Shown here: positions 26,561 to 36,794 of the stretch, piece after piece
Layout of the letters: every line of letters begins with the position of its first letter
How positions within the stretch are numbered: position 1 is the stretch's first letter
Assembly (NCBI GenBank): GCA_964188305.1
Contig: OZ076885.1
Source: Podarcis bocagei
Taxonomy: Eukaryota
Reading direction: 5' to 3' (one strand)
DNA length: 64,000 nt
Position numbers and translations under genes: made by a program
The notes under the pieces: model-generated
Seen by the model: the letters and a program-made list of their open reading frames with translations, nothing else
Told to the model about the DNA's origin: nothing
Databases searched by the model: none

Positions 26561-27314
26561 CTGTATTTTTTGCACCATAACACTCACTTTTTTCCTCCTA
26601 AAAAGTAAGGGGAAATGTCTGTGCGTGTTATGGAGCGAATGCCTACAGATGGCGGGGGGATCTGCTGCAGTCGTGAGCAGAGGATCCATGGTTCCCCTTC
26701 CTTCCCTCCTCCGTGGATCGCTTTGAAACAGCAAAGAGGGAGAAGAGCCGCTGAGTGGAGAGGAGAGAGGGACAGAGACCCTGCTTGCTTTAAAGGAGCA
26801 AAGCGGGAGAGGAGAGGAGAGGAGCCGCTTACACGAGTGTAAGTGGCTCCTGTCCTGTTAGCTCCTTTAAAGCAAGCAGGGTCTCTGTCCCTCTCTCCTT
26901 CCCACTCAGCTGGCTAAATAGCAGCAAAGTTTTTCAGCGAGCTGGGGAGGAGGGAGAGAAGCAGAACCTGCTTGCTTTAAAGGAGCAAAGCGGGAGAGGA
27001 GAGGAGCCTTCTCCTCTCTGCATTATTAACAGCATCCTTCTCCACCCACCCCACGCATGTTCCTTGTCCCTTGAGTGCTTTTCCTTCCCTCCCCACTTAA
27101 AACGTGGTTACAAAGCACGGATCCACATGGATCCTCAGGATTTTTGCATTGGGCTACCCCAAACTCACCGTCAGATCACATGTCTGTGGCCACAGCATGA
27201 ACCACAAAAATCATACATCCACTGTTTCGTTTAGAATATTTTTTTCTTGTTTTCCTCCTCTAAAAACTATGTGCGTGTTATGGTCGGGTGCGTGTTATAG
27301 AGCAAAAAATACGG
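26561..27314. mobile_element. Tc1/mariner-pogo non-autonomous DNA transposon
   Basis: TA on both sides; TIRs CTGTATTTTTTGC / GCAAAAAATACGG; subterminal GTGCGTGTTAT repeats; long internal hairpin. Confidence 0.88.
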
Positions 27315-27320
27315 TATACT

Positions 27321-27508
27321 TAGGAACATAGGAAGCTGCCTTATATTGAGTCAGACCAGTGGTCCATTGACCTCAGTATTGTCTGCACTGACTGACAGCA
27401 GCCAGTTTCAGAAAGAAGTGTCTCCCAACTGAAGCTTGAGAGGCCTCAGGTTAGATCTGAGACAGGCATGCAAAGCAGATGCTTTATCACTGAGCTACGG
27501 TCATTCCC
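27321..27508 (-). mobile_element. Squam2-type tRNA SINE
   Basis: Minus strand head GGGAATGACCGTAGCTCAGTGATAAAGCATCTGCTTTGCATG; CR1-like tail GCAGCTTCCTATGTTCCTA. Confidence 0.8.
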
Positions 27509-27709
27509 GAGGGAAACTGCTGATATTAGAAAACTTAAAAAACAACAACAGGCTGTTATTGTTTTTTGCACCATTGCTTCTTAAAAAGCTAGTTGGAAGT
27601 CTATTGTTTCGTTCGGGGGGAAATGTTTCTAGGGTGAAATGAAACCTGGGTGAAGAATTGCTTTCGCCTGGCTCACACATTTTAATTTCCACCACTTCGT
27701 TTACTCACA

Positions 27710-27962
27710 GGAGATAACTACAGCATGGTGTAGTGGTTAAGAGCAGTAGTCTCGTAATCTGGGGAACCGGGTTCGCGTCCCCGCTCCTCCACATGCAGCT
27801 GCTGGGTGACCTTGGGCCAGTCACACTTCTCTGAAGTCTCTCAGCCCCACTCACCTCACAGAGTGTTTGTTGTGGGGGAGGAAGGGAAAGGAGATTGTTG
27901 GCCACTTTGAGACTCCTTCGGGTAGTGATAAAGCGGGATATCAAATCCAAACTCTTCTTCTT
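27710..27962 (+). mobile_element. Squam3-type tRNA SINE with (CTT)n tail
   Basis: A box TGGTGTAGTGG, B box GGTTCGCGTCC, CORE-like GGGTGACCTTGGGCCAGTCAC, L2-like 3' end, CTT tail; near-identical copy at 41617-41863. Confidence 0.88.
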
Positions 27963-28027
27963 AAATGAACAGTGGGCCCAAAGCTTACATATCTCAGGGC
28001 CCTTGCAGACATTATTTTCATTGCGCA

Positions 28028-28370
28028 CATAGGCGCCGACTCCATGGGGCCTGAGGGGGCCCAAGCCCCATCAAAAATTCGTTTGGGGGGCTCCGCCCCC
28101 CCCAATAATCTTGGGCGCTCCTCCAGCAGAGCGCCACCGCCGCCCCTCCCCCAGCCCAAAATGCACAGGGTCGGGCTGCATGCCTCCTGCCCTCCCTCCC
28201 GAGCAAAAGCTCCACCCAATTTCCTTCGGAGCTGATTAATAGGCGCAGCAAGCTCTCCCCTATTCGCTCACGAGGAGGCGGCGCCACTTTATCTGCATAT
28301 TCATGAGCTTATTTATTATTCATGAGCTTTCGCGGGCTCCCCCAATATTTTTTATAAGTCGGCGCCCCTG
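28028..28370. mobile_element. Young hAT MITE with 8-bp TSD
   Basis: TSD ATTGCGCA at 28020-28027 and 28371-28378; TIRs CATAGGCGCCGACT / AGTCGGCGCCCCTG; CpG-rich. Confidence 0.9.
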
Positions 28371-28891
28371 ATTGCGCATTCATGATGGTTTGCTTTCATG
28401 ATGCTGTTAGGGTGGCCATATGCAATCCAAAGGCAATTTGAGGGTGGATTGTTAACAGGGGGGGAAAACTTACCAGAGAGGGAAAGGATTAAGCACAATC
28501 ACACACTGCTCTTCCGTAGCTGATTGCAGCCTTTGCAGCTGTACTGCATTCTGGGATGGGGAAATTATTGGGTTAACTGGTGTGTCATGTAAACTGGTCT
28601 GCCTTCAGAATTTGTGGAAAACCACATAACGAAGTTGCCTCTATGAAATGTTGTAATGACCACAGCTTTGTTTCTTTATCATGTTTCACGTTAAGCTCCA
28701 TGTCAGCTTCCCCATTTGTACAATGGAACAAGAAGAACAGCTATTCAAGGTTACAAATTATACACACGGGTCAGAACGATGCAAACACGGGAATCCTATT
28801 ATACAGTAAGTGTAACCACTTACAGCCTTATCTTAGATATAGCTGCTATGGATGGTTGAAGCTTGTTGGTGTGGCACTTGAAGAATGCATA

Positions 28892-29138
28892 CAGTATACC
28901 TCGGGTTAAGTACCGGTACTTAATTCGTTCCGGAGGTCCGTACTTAACCTGAAACTGTTCTTAACCTGAAGCACCACTTTAGCTAATGGGACCTCCTGCT
29001 GCTTCCACGCCGCCAGAGCCCGATTTCTGTTCTCATCCTGAAGCAAAGTTCTTAACCTGAAGCACTATTTCTGGGTTAGCAGAGTCTGTAACCTGAAGCG
29101 TATGTAACCTGAAGCATATGTACCCTGAGGTACCACTG
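28892..29138 (+). mobile_element. Tigger/pogo-like MITE, copy 1 of inverted pair (strand arbitrary)
   Basis: Preceded by TA; ends CAGTATACCTC / GAGGTACCACTG; internal TAACCTGAAGC repeats. Confidence 0.88.
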
Positions 29139-29365
29139 TTACAGACGCTGCAGGTTACAGACGCTTCAGGTTACAGACTCTGCTAACCCAGAAATAGTGC
29201 TTCAGGTTAAGAACTTTGCTTCAGGATAAGAACAGAAATTGCGTGGTGGCGGTGCAGGGGCAGCGGGAGGCCCCACTAGCTAAAGTGGTACCTCAGGTTA
29301 AAAACAGTTTCAGGTTAAGAACAGACCTCCAGAACGAATTAAGTTCTTAACCCGAGGTACCACTG
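29139..29365 (-). mobile_element. Tigger/pogo-like MITE, copy 2, inverted, inner TIR missing
   Basis: Reverse-complement homolog of 28892-29125; ends GAGGTACCACTG followed by TA. Confidence 0.88.
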
Positions 29366-29496
29366 TATGTCTATCTTATCATGCTTTCTTTTTTCTCAAT
29401 TGCCTCATTTTGTAGAGGGTTTGGACACAATCTCTATTCTACAAAAGGCAATGGTGTAATATATAGTGCTCAACACTATATATTAAGCTATACTGC

Positions 29497-29750
29497 TATT
29501 TATTTATTTAATAAACTTTATATACCACTTGACTGTAGAAAAAAACCTCAAGGTGGTTTACAAGAAAGATAAAGCAATAAAATTATCAGTAAGAAGAATT
29601 TACAACTGTAATGTAAAACTTACAGAAGGTTAAAACTGCAATAAAATAGACTAAAACAAATTAAACACCTACAAACTTTATAACCATTTGGGCAGGCTTG
29701 CCTGAATAAGAAAGTCTTCAGCAGGTGTCAAAAGGAGTACCGGTATGATG
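29497..29750 (-). mobile_element. L2 LINE 3' tail remnant
   Basis: (TATT)n tail, TATACCACTT...CTCAAGGTGGTTTACAA and GCTTGCCTGAATAAGAAAGTCTTCAGCAGG typical of squamate L2 3' ends. Confidence 0.55.
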
Positions 29751-30042
29751 AATCCTGCTATGATGTCCTGTGTCAGTAAAGCAATACTCTTTATGGGCGA
29801 TCAAATGTACTCATTTGCTCAGTCAATGGTTTCTCAAATCAGACTAAGTGAATAAGCTTTCCTCGGAATTTACTAATGTAGAGAGTGAAATGCTTGTGCG
29901 TGGATTTTTTATTTTTCTCCGCTGTATAAAAAGTCCACAGAGGAACTGGCACATCTGAACTGGCTTTCCAAATTTCCTGAATGTACAAGTATTTAAGTAT
30001 TCTGTATAGGAAGTTCTTACAGAAACTACAAAAGGATTAAAC

Positions 30043-30589
30043 CATGGAATCTTAGAGTTGGACGGGGTCCCAAGGGTCATCTAGCCCAACCCCCTGCAAT
30101 GCAGGAATCTCAGCTAAAGCATCCATGGCAGATGGCCATCCAACCTCTGTTTAAAAACCTCCAAGGAAGGAGAATCGGAATCTCCTTTCTTGCAGCTTGA
30201 AGCCATTTCACAGCTTTAAAAGCCTACCTTCCACAGCATGAGAAAACAAGCGTTCTCCTGTGACAGCCCTTAAGATATTTGAAGATGGCTATCATATTTC
30301 CTCTCAGCCTCCTCTTTTCCAGGCTAGACATATCCAGCTCCTTCAAGTGCTCCTCATAAGGCTTAGTTTCCAGACCCTTGATCATCTTGGTTGCCCTCCT
30401 CTGTACACACTCCAGCTTGTCCACATCCTTCTTAAATTGTGGTGCCCAGAACTAGACACAGTATTCCAAGTGTGGTCTGACTAAGGCAGAATAGAGTGAT
30501 ACTATAACTTCCCTTGATATGGACACTATACTTCAGTGATCACAGCCTAGAATAGCATTACCTTTTTTTGCTGGTACATCACACTGTTG
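30043..30589 (-). mobile_element. CR1 LINE 3' fragment, decayed
   Basis: Translation [41 protein letters not shown] plus CR1 3' UTR; internal deletions. Confidence 0.92.
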
Positions 30590-30762
30590 TGTGGCTTGTG
30601 GTTTTTTATTTTAAAAAAAACACTCACGTTTGATTAAATTATATATATAAAAATAAACAGAGAAGAAAGAAAACAACTTCTATTTGACCTTGAGTGTGCC
30701 ATTTCTTGCATAAGAAATAAAAAAAGGCTAGAGGGTAGTTGTTCCTTGTCGTTATACTGTTG

Positions 30763-30918
30763 NNNNNNNNNNNNNNNNNNNNNNNNNNNNNNNNNNNNNN
30801 NNNNNNNNNNNNNNNNNNNNNNNNNNNNNNNNNNNNNNNNNNNNNNNNNNNNNNNNNNNNNNNNNNNNNNNNNNNNNNNNNNNNNNNNNNNNNNNNNNNN
30901 NNNNNNNNNNNNNNNNNN
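30763..30918. other. N-run (156 bp)
   Basis: Run of N. Confidence 0.99.
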
Positions 30919-31108
30919 CTGTAGAAAGCCCCTCCTCCGCTCTCAAAATGCTCCCCCCCATCTCCACATCACATACAAAAGTCCAGAATGAGAGTTAAAA
31001 GTGAAATTATTGCTTTTGAGTAAGTTATCTTAATTTTTTTTAAAGCAAAAGTTACCAGAAACAGAAAACAGCTCTTTCCCCCCTTTCTCTTTCTTTGTAA
31101 GGCACAAG

Positions 31109-31218
31109 GGGTTGTATCCTACTCAGAGTAGACCCATTGAAATTAATGGCACAAGTTAACTATGTCCATTCACTTCAGTAGGTCTACTCTGAGGTATGGC
31201 TAACATTGGCTGCAACCC
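31109..31218. mobile_element. Short palindromic MITE
   Basis: Ends GGGTTGTATCC / GGCTGCAACCC; stem CTCAGAGTAGACC...AATGG / CCATT...GGTCTACTCTGAG; degraded relative at ~40025-40113. Confidence 0.75.
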
Positions 31219-33214
31219 AAGATTTGCAACCAATGCACAAGTTTACCATTACTGTACTTAATTCATTAAAGGCACATTGTATTAATAAAAAAATACTTGC
31301 ATTATGTAAAGTAGATGGGAAAAATCCTATATCCTGAAACAATAAGCTAAATCAAGGCACCCCCACCCTCGCCTTTACTAACATGGCATGAAAGGTAGAT
31401 AAAACCAGACGAAAGCTCCAATCAAAACACATTTTCTAAATGCTACTATCATCCCCCCTCTTCATTTTGTTTCGGTCTACTTATGAATGCGGTTTCATCT
31501 ATTTCTATTCACACCAAAGACAAATCTTTGTCCTCCCATAGAATTGCACCAAATGGAATGTGATAAAGGGAACTTTCTCACAATTATGATGTTGGTGCAG
31601 GCTGTCAGCACAGAGGGGATGGAAATGAGGTTGGGGACAGGGAAGGGAATTCTAATAGACACCATGATATATACAATGAACGCAGGGCTATCCTGTGAGA
31701 GAAAGACTTGTCAAACTAATCAGATCTTCTATAGCTAGGTAAAGGCAGTAACGGAAGCGCTAACCTTGTAAAGATGCAGCTGCTGCTCCTCTGACATCAT
31801 CAGGTCATGGCTGTCTATCACTATGGATTCCATGTCAATCAGCCAATCCCAGAGCTCCTGGTATTCTGAATCAAAGTCCAAAAGGCTGCAGATAAGGAAT
31901 AAAATGTATTATGCATACTAGGGTATAGCTGTTAAGACCTTGTATTAGAATATAAGATATTCTCAAAAACGCATGATATCCCTAGCTCTGTTGCGGAAGA
32001 GATTCTTTATTTCAACAGGATAAATGAGAATTCAACTCCAGTATAAGCCGTGACCTAAATCTCAGCAAACGATACTAGATTCTGTCAACAACAGCAGACA
32101 TATTTCTCTTCCTTCAAAAACTTTAAAAGAAATGGGAATTACATACAGGGCTGCTTAATGGTTTTTAAAGTGCTAACATATTTAGCAAACTTCTCCGCGA
32201 TGAGCATTATGTGCTATTATTTGCACCAAAAACACTACTTTCACAGAAAAAAATGACTCAATCCATTTAGCCATTCCTCTGCTGTCTATCTGCCTATCTC
32301 TGCAAATATATATCCTACGTTTATTTTCATGCATGAGTAGCTAGCATTTCAACATAACACTTTAAGATAGGCTTGAGTGAATATGGTAAGCCAGTGAGAA
32401 CCAAGGCCAGATACAGTATTAGACAGGTGTTCCCTACAGACATGTTAGAAACAAAGGTAAGGACAGGAAGTCAAAACAATGAATCCTTGAATAGCCAGCA
32501 ATCATTAAAATTCAAAGGAGGATCACAACGGTTTCCAAGAAAATAAATCATTAGAATAAGGAGCTTAAAAGGATTAATGTTATTCTCTATTGAAAGCCTA
32601 GTGAATAAGTAAAACACTGTGATACAAAAAAAGAAAAAAGAAAAAAGTAACAGAAGGTGCACACGAAAAAACTGCAGAAATGTCTGAAGAGTGACTCGTA
32701 AAAGAAAGAAAAAATCATTTAGACTTGCTAAACTGCTGTCACTCTCCAAACCCTTACCTTTGGCTTTGAAGTACAATTATGAATCTAAGGACCATATGAT
32801 AGTGTGTAGCATTATTGCTTACCAAAACTAATTAACTTAGTATATTTAGATTTAAATTATGTTATTTGCAGTCCACAAGGGAATCAGTGTATCCTGCAAG
32901 CAAAGCAATATTAATACTTGGGATATAAGTATTTGGTGCCATCAAATGATGCTAAACCAGATTAAAACAAAGTCAGCACTCATATAACGCTTCTATTACG
33001 ATCACACTTAGGGTTAGTTCTGCAATAATGATTGAAGCTATGGGATCATTTGTGATTCAACTCCCATGCATATAAAGTAAAATCTATTCTGGAATGCATC
33101 ACAGTAATCCAAACAACTAGTTTAAGGTTGAACCCAGATACTGGATTCCTGGTCCATCCAGGTCACAGGATTGCCCTTGAACAAGCTAGATGGGCGAGGC
33201 ATTGCAAAATAGCA

Positions 33215-33425
33215 AATCATAGAATTGTAGAATTGGAAGGGACTCTGATAATCATCTAGTCACCTGCATTGCAGAAATCTCAACTAGAGCATCCATGGCC
33301 AACAGATGGCCATCCAACCTCTGCTTAAAAACCTCCAAGGAAGGAGAGTCCACCACCTTCCAAGGGAGTCTAAACAGCTGTTACCATCAGAAAGCTCTTC
33401 CTGATGTTTAGTTGGAGTATCCTCT
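33215..33425 (-). mobile_element. CR1 LINE 3' end fragment
   Basis: ATCATAGAAT tail and 3' UTR homologous to the copies at 20500 and 30043. Confidence 0.88.
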
Positions 33426-33691
33426 TACGTACAAAGGTAAGAATCACACCTGCTGCCCCATCCACTTTTGCCATCCACCACTAGCACACACAAATCCCGA
33501 AAATTGTCCACAGGACTATTCTCCTATAGAACACAGCAGCATCTAAGACCAATCAAGAAGATGGCAGCAAAAGAGCCCTATTGGCCAAGCTCATAAAGTC
33601 ATGGCATTTTGAGTAGCATTCTCAATAGCAGACCCACCATTGTGAAACTCCGCCACTCCTTACAAATGCAGACTTAAAATGATCGATGTTA

Positions 33692-33848
33692 GGGGTGCAA
33701 CTCAGTGAAAGAGCAGATGTGTTTGTACCTCCAGGTAGGACTGGGAAAGACCCCATCTCAAACCTGGGTGATCCACTGCCAATCAGTGTAGGCATTGCTG
33801 AACTAGATGTGCCAATATTCAGACAAGATATAAATTCCTGTGTTCCTA
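33692..33848 (+). mobile_element. Squam2-type SINE, decayed
   Basis: Head CTCAGTGAAAGAGCA, body CTCCAGGTAGGACTGGGAAAGAC...CTGCCAATCAGTGTAG, tail TTCCTGTGTTCCTA. Confidence 0.7.
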
Positions 33849-34940
33849 AAACAATAACTGCAACCATACAAACTGTGAAGCCAGCGAATGTGGTTTAAGT
33901 TTATTTAGTTCCACCAGCCGGATTGCAGGATTGAGTTGTAAGGAATGTATTTTAATTTGGTGGACAGGTAATCATAAATGCAGAGTTGCACACCTAATCC
34001 TCTGAATGCAAACATATTTCTTAAGGTGTGGACATTAATTCACTGTATAAAATGAAAATTCATGAGAGTCTTTCTCATGAGAAAATCATCTTGTGAGTAC
34101 CATTAACAAACAAAAAATTAATGTGGAATTATTTTCACCAGCCAATTGTTCAAGTTTAACATTCTGTATAATTTCTAGTATTGTTATTCAGCTTGCATAA
34201 TTTCTTTGTTAAAGTGCATATCCCATTTAGAAGTACTAAGGAAAGGCTGCATTCCATCAAAAATAATCCATTCATGGACAGAAAAAAACCCATCCTTTTC
34301 TAGTAATCATCTGCTATATCTTTTTTTTTATATCGTCCTTTTTGAAACCTTCATACAGCATCATATAACTAACCAGAATGATTTCATAAAATGATCAAAG
34401 GTCTTTCAGTTCCACAAATTTTGATCTTTCTTCACTTTGGTAAGTTGCCCCATGCAAAACTAGATATAAGCTATGCTTATTACCTAAACATTCCTGCAAT
34501 CAGCTGTTCTTCAAAAAATTGTTATGAAAGAGAGTTGCAAGAAATTAGTTGACTATTAGCCACATATGGTCTAAACTTCTAGTGATAAATGAAGGCAAAA
34601 GCGCATGGTCATATGCATAAGCAGGGGACTTTGGACAAAAATTAAGAACTTGGGGGAAATGGCTGTTGGTCTTAAGGACGTGTGCCCATTCACAACCACT
34701 AGAGGCTTTGATTCAATTTGCATGCATGCTAAGCATGGCTTAGCATGAACGAACAGAGCAAAGGTAGTAGTTACTGTGCTCTTCCCATGATCCTGCTGCT
34801 GCCATCCTACCCAGGATGGCACCTAGATTTATGTCTGAACCTGGGCTTGCAGTTTCACTCACTCTAGACAAACTGCAAGCTGTAACCATGTTTTGTTTGT
34901 GACTTAATGCCCATGGTTTATCTGGTGAGACAAACCATGA

Positions 34941-36323
34941 AAAGGGGAAAAGAGAGGACCCAAATAATTACCGCCCAGTCAGTCTGACATCAATACCAGG
35001 GAAGATTCTGGAGCAGATCATTAAGCAAACAGTCTGTGCGCACCTAGAAAGGAATGCTGTGATCACCAATAGTCAGCATGGATTTCTGAAAAATAAGTCA
35101 TGTCAGACTAACCTGATCTCGTTTTTTGACAGAATTACAAGCCTGGTAGATGAAGGGAACGCAGTGGATGTAGCCTACCTTGATTTCAGCCAGGCATTTG
35201 ACAAAGTGCCCCATGATATTCTTGTAAAGAAACTGGTAAAATGCGGTCTTGACTATGCTACCACTCAGTGGATTTGTAACTGGCTGACTGACCGAACCCA
35301 AAGAGTGCTCATCAATGGTTCCTCTTCATCCTGGAGAAGAGTGACTAGTGGGGTGCCACAGGGTTCTGTCTTGGGCCCGGTCTTATTCAACATCTTTATC
35401 AACGACTTGGATGATGGACTCAAGGGCATCCTGATCAGATTTGCAGATGACACCAAACTGGGAGGGGTGGCTAACACCCCAGAGGACAGGATCACACTTC
35501 AAAACGACCTTGACAGATTAGAGAACTGGGCCAAAACAAACAAGATGAATTTTAACAGGGAGAAATGTAAAGTATTGCACTTGGGCAAAAAAAATGAGAG
35601 GCACAAATACAAGATGGGTGACACCTGGCTTGAGAGCAGTACATGTGAAAAGGATCTAGGAGTCTTGGTTGACCACAAACTTGACATGAGCCAACAGTGT
35701 GACGCGGCAGCTAAAAAAGCCAATGCAATTCTGGGCTGCATCAATAGGAGTATAGCATCTAGATCAAGGGAAGTAATAGTGCCACTGTATTCTGCTCTGG
35801 TCAGACCTCACCTGGAGTACTGTGTCCAGTTCTGGGCACCACAATTCAAGAAGGACACTGACAACCTGGAACGTGTCCAGAGGAGGGCAACCAAAATGGT
35901 CAAAGGCCTGGAAACGATGCCTTATGAGGAACGGCTAAGGGAGCTGGGCATGTTTAGCCTGGAGAAGAGGAGGTTAAGGGGTGATATGATAGCCATGTTC
36001 AAATATATAAAAGGATGTCACATAGAGGAGGGAGAAAGGTTGTTTTCTGCTGCTCCAGAGAAGCGGACACGGAGCAATGGAGCCAAACTACAAGAAAGAA
36101 GATTCCACCTAAACATTAGGAAGAACTTCCTGACAGTAAGAGCTGTTCGACAGTGGAATTTGCTGCCAAGGAGTGTGGTGGAGTCTCCTACTTTGGAGGT
36201 CTTTAAGCAGAGGCTTGACAACCATATGTCAGGAGTGCTCTGATGGTGTTTCCTGCTTGGCAGGGGGTTGGACTCGATGGCCCTTGTGGTCTCTTCCAAC
36301 TCTATGATTCTATGATTCTATGA
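34941..36323 (+). mobile_element. Young 5'-truncated CR1 LINE
   Basis: Uninterrupted ORF2 RT, short 3' UTR and (ATTCTATG)n tail. Confidence 0.97.
34942..36243 (+). CDS. CR1 ORF2 reverse transcriptase, C-terminal part (5'-truncated, no native start)
   Basis: Open frame from [17 protein letters not shown] through [25 protein letters not shown] and FADD to the stop at 36243; no internal stops or frameshifts. Confidence 0.9.
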   Translation, partial: KGKREDPNNYRPVSLTSIPGKILEQIIKQTVCAHLERNAVITNSQHGFLKNKSCQTNLISFFDRITSLVDEGNAVDVAYLDFSQAFDKVPHDILVKKLVKCGLDYATTQWICNWLTDRTQRVLINGSSSSWRRVTSGVPQGSVLGPVLFNIFINDLDDGLKGILIRFADDTKLGGVANTPEDRITLQNDLDRLENWAKTNKMNFNREKCKVLHLGKKNERHKYKMGDTWLESSTCEKDLGVLVDHKLDMSQQCDAAAKKANAILGCINRSIASRSREVIVPLYSALVRPHLEYCVQFWAPQFKKDTDNLERVQRRATKMVKGLETMPYEERLRELGMFSLEKRRLRGDMIAMFKYIKGCHIEEGERLFSAAPEKRTRSNGAKLQERRFHLNIRKNFLTVRAVRQWNLLPRSVVESPTLEVFKQRLDNHMSGVL

Positions 36324-36495
36324 ACTCTAGTTCAGATGTAATGCTAAGCCCTGTGTAGAGCAGCAGCAGCAAAACCAGGGAGGAGCATAGCACAATCTTC
36401 ACTCTGGGAAACAGCAAACTTGCTTGCTTGCACTAAGCCATGGTTTGGTTTAGCGTTACCTGATGTTACTGGCCACCCCAATCTCTGCCGAGTGG

Positions 36496-36794
36496 TGTTA
36501 GAATATTCTGTTCCACCTTAAGAACAGACGTGTGGAATTGTTGTATGTCACATGTCTGTTTACACTCCAGCACAGCTTGCTGGGAACTTCCGTTTGTGTA
36601 TAGCTTTTGCTTATGCTGCTTGCTTTGGATATGAAGGAGATCAGACATGTTTCCTTTTGTCCTGATGTATGCTGAATAAACTAATTGTAAATATGCTCAC
36701 ACAGCCTCTCCTGCTAATTCTGTTGCGCGGCGTTTCTCTGCTGAGTAGTGTGCCCTAGCTTCTGAAGCTCGGGTAGCAGATTCATGCACCAAGA
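36496..36794 (+). mobile_element. Probable solo LTR
   Basis: Starts TGTTAG, AATAAA at ~36675, ends CACCAAGA (degenerate ...CAACA); splits a flanking inverted repeat (ACTGGCCA..CAATCTC / GAGATTG..TGGCCGGT). Confidence 0.5.

Noticed and set aside
27710-27790. tRNA genes at SINE heads
   Set aside because: A/B boxes continue into SINE bodies; no full cloverleaf.
28940-29330. CRISPR-like spaced repeats (TAACCTGAAGC)
   Set aside because: Short, irregularly spaced subterminal MITE repeats in a eukaryotic genome; no cas genes.
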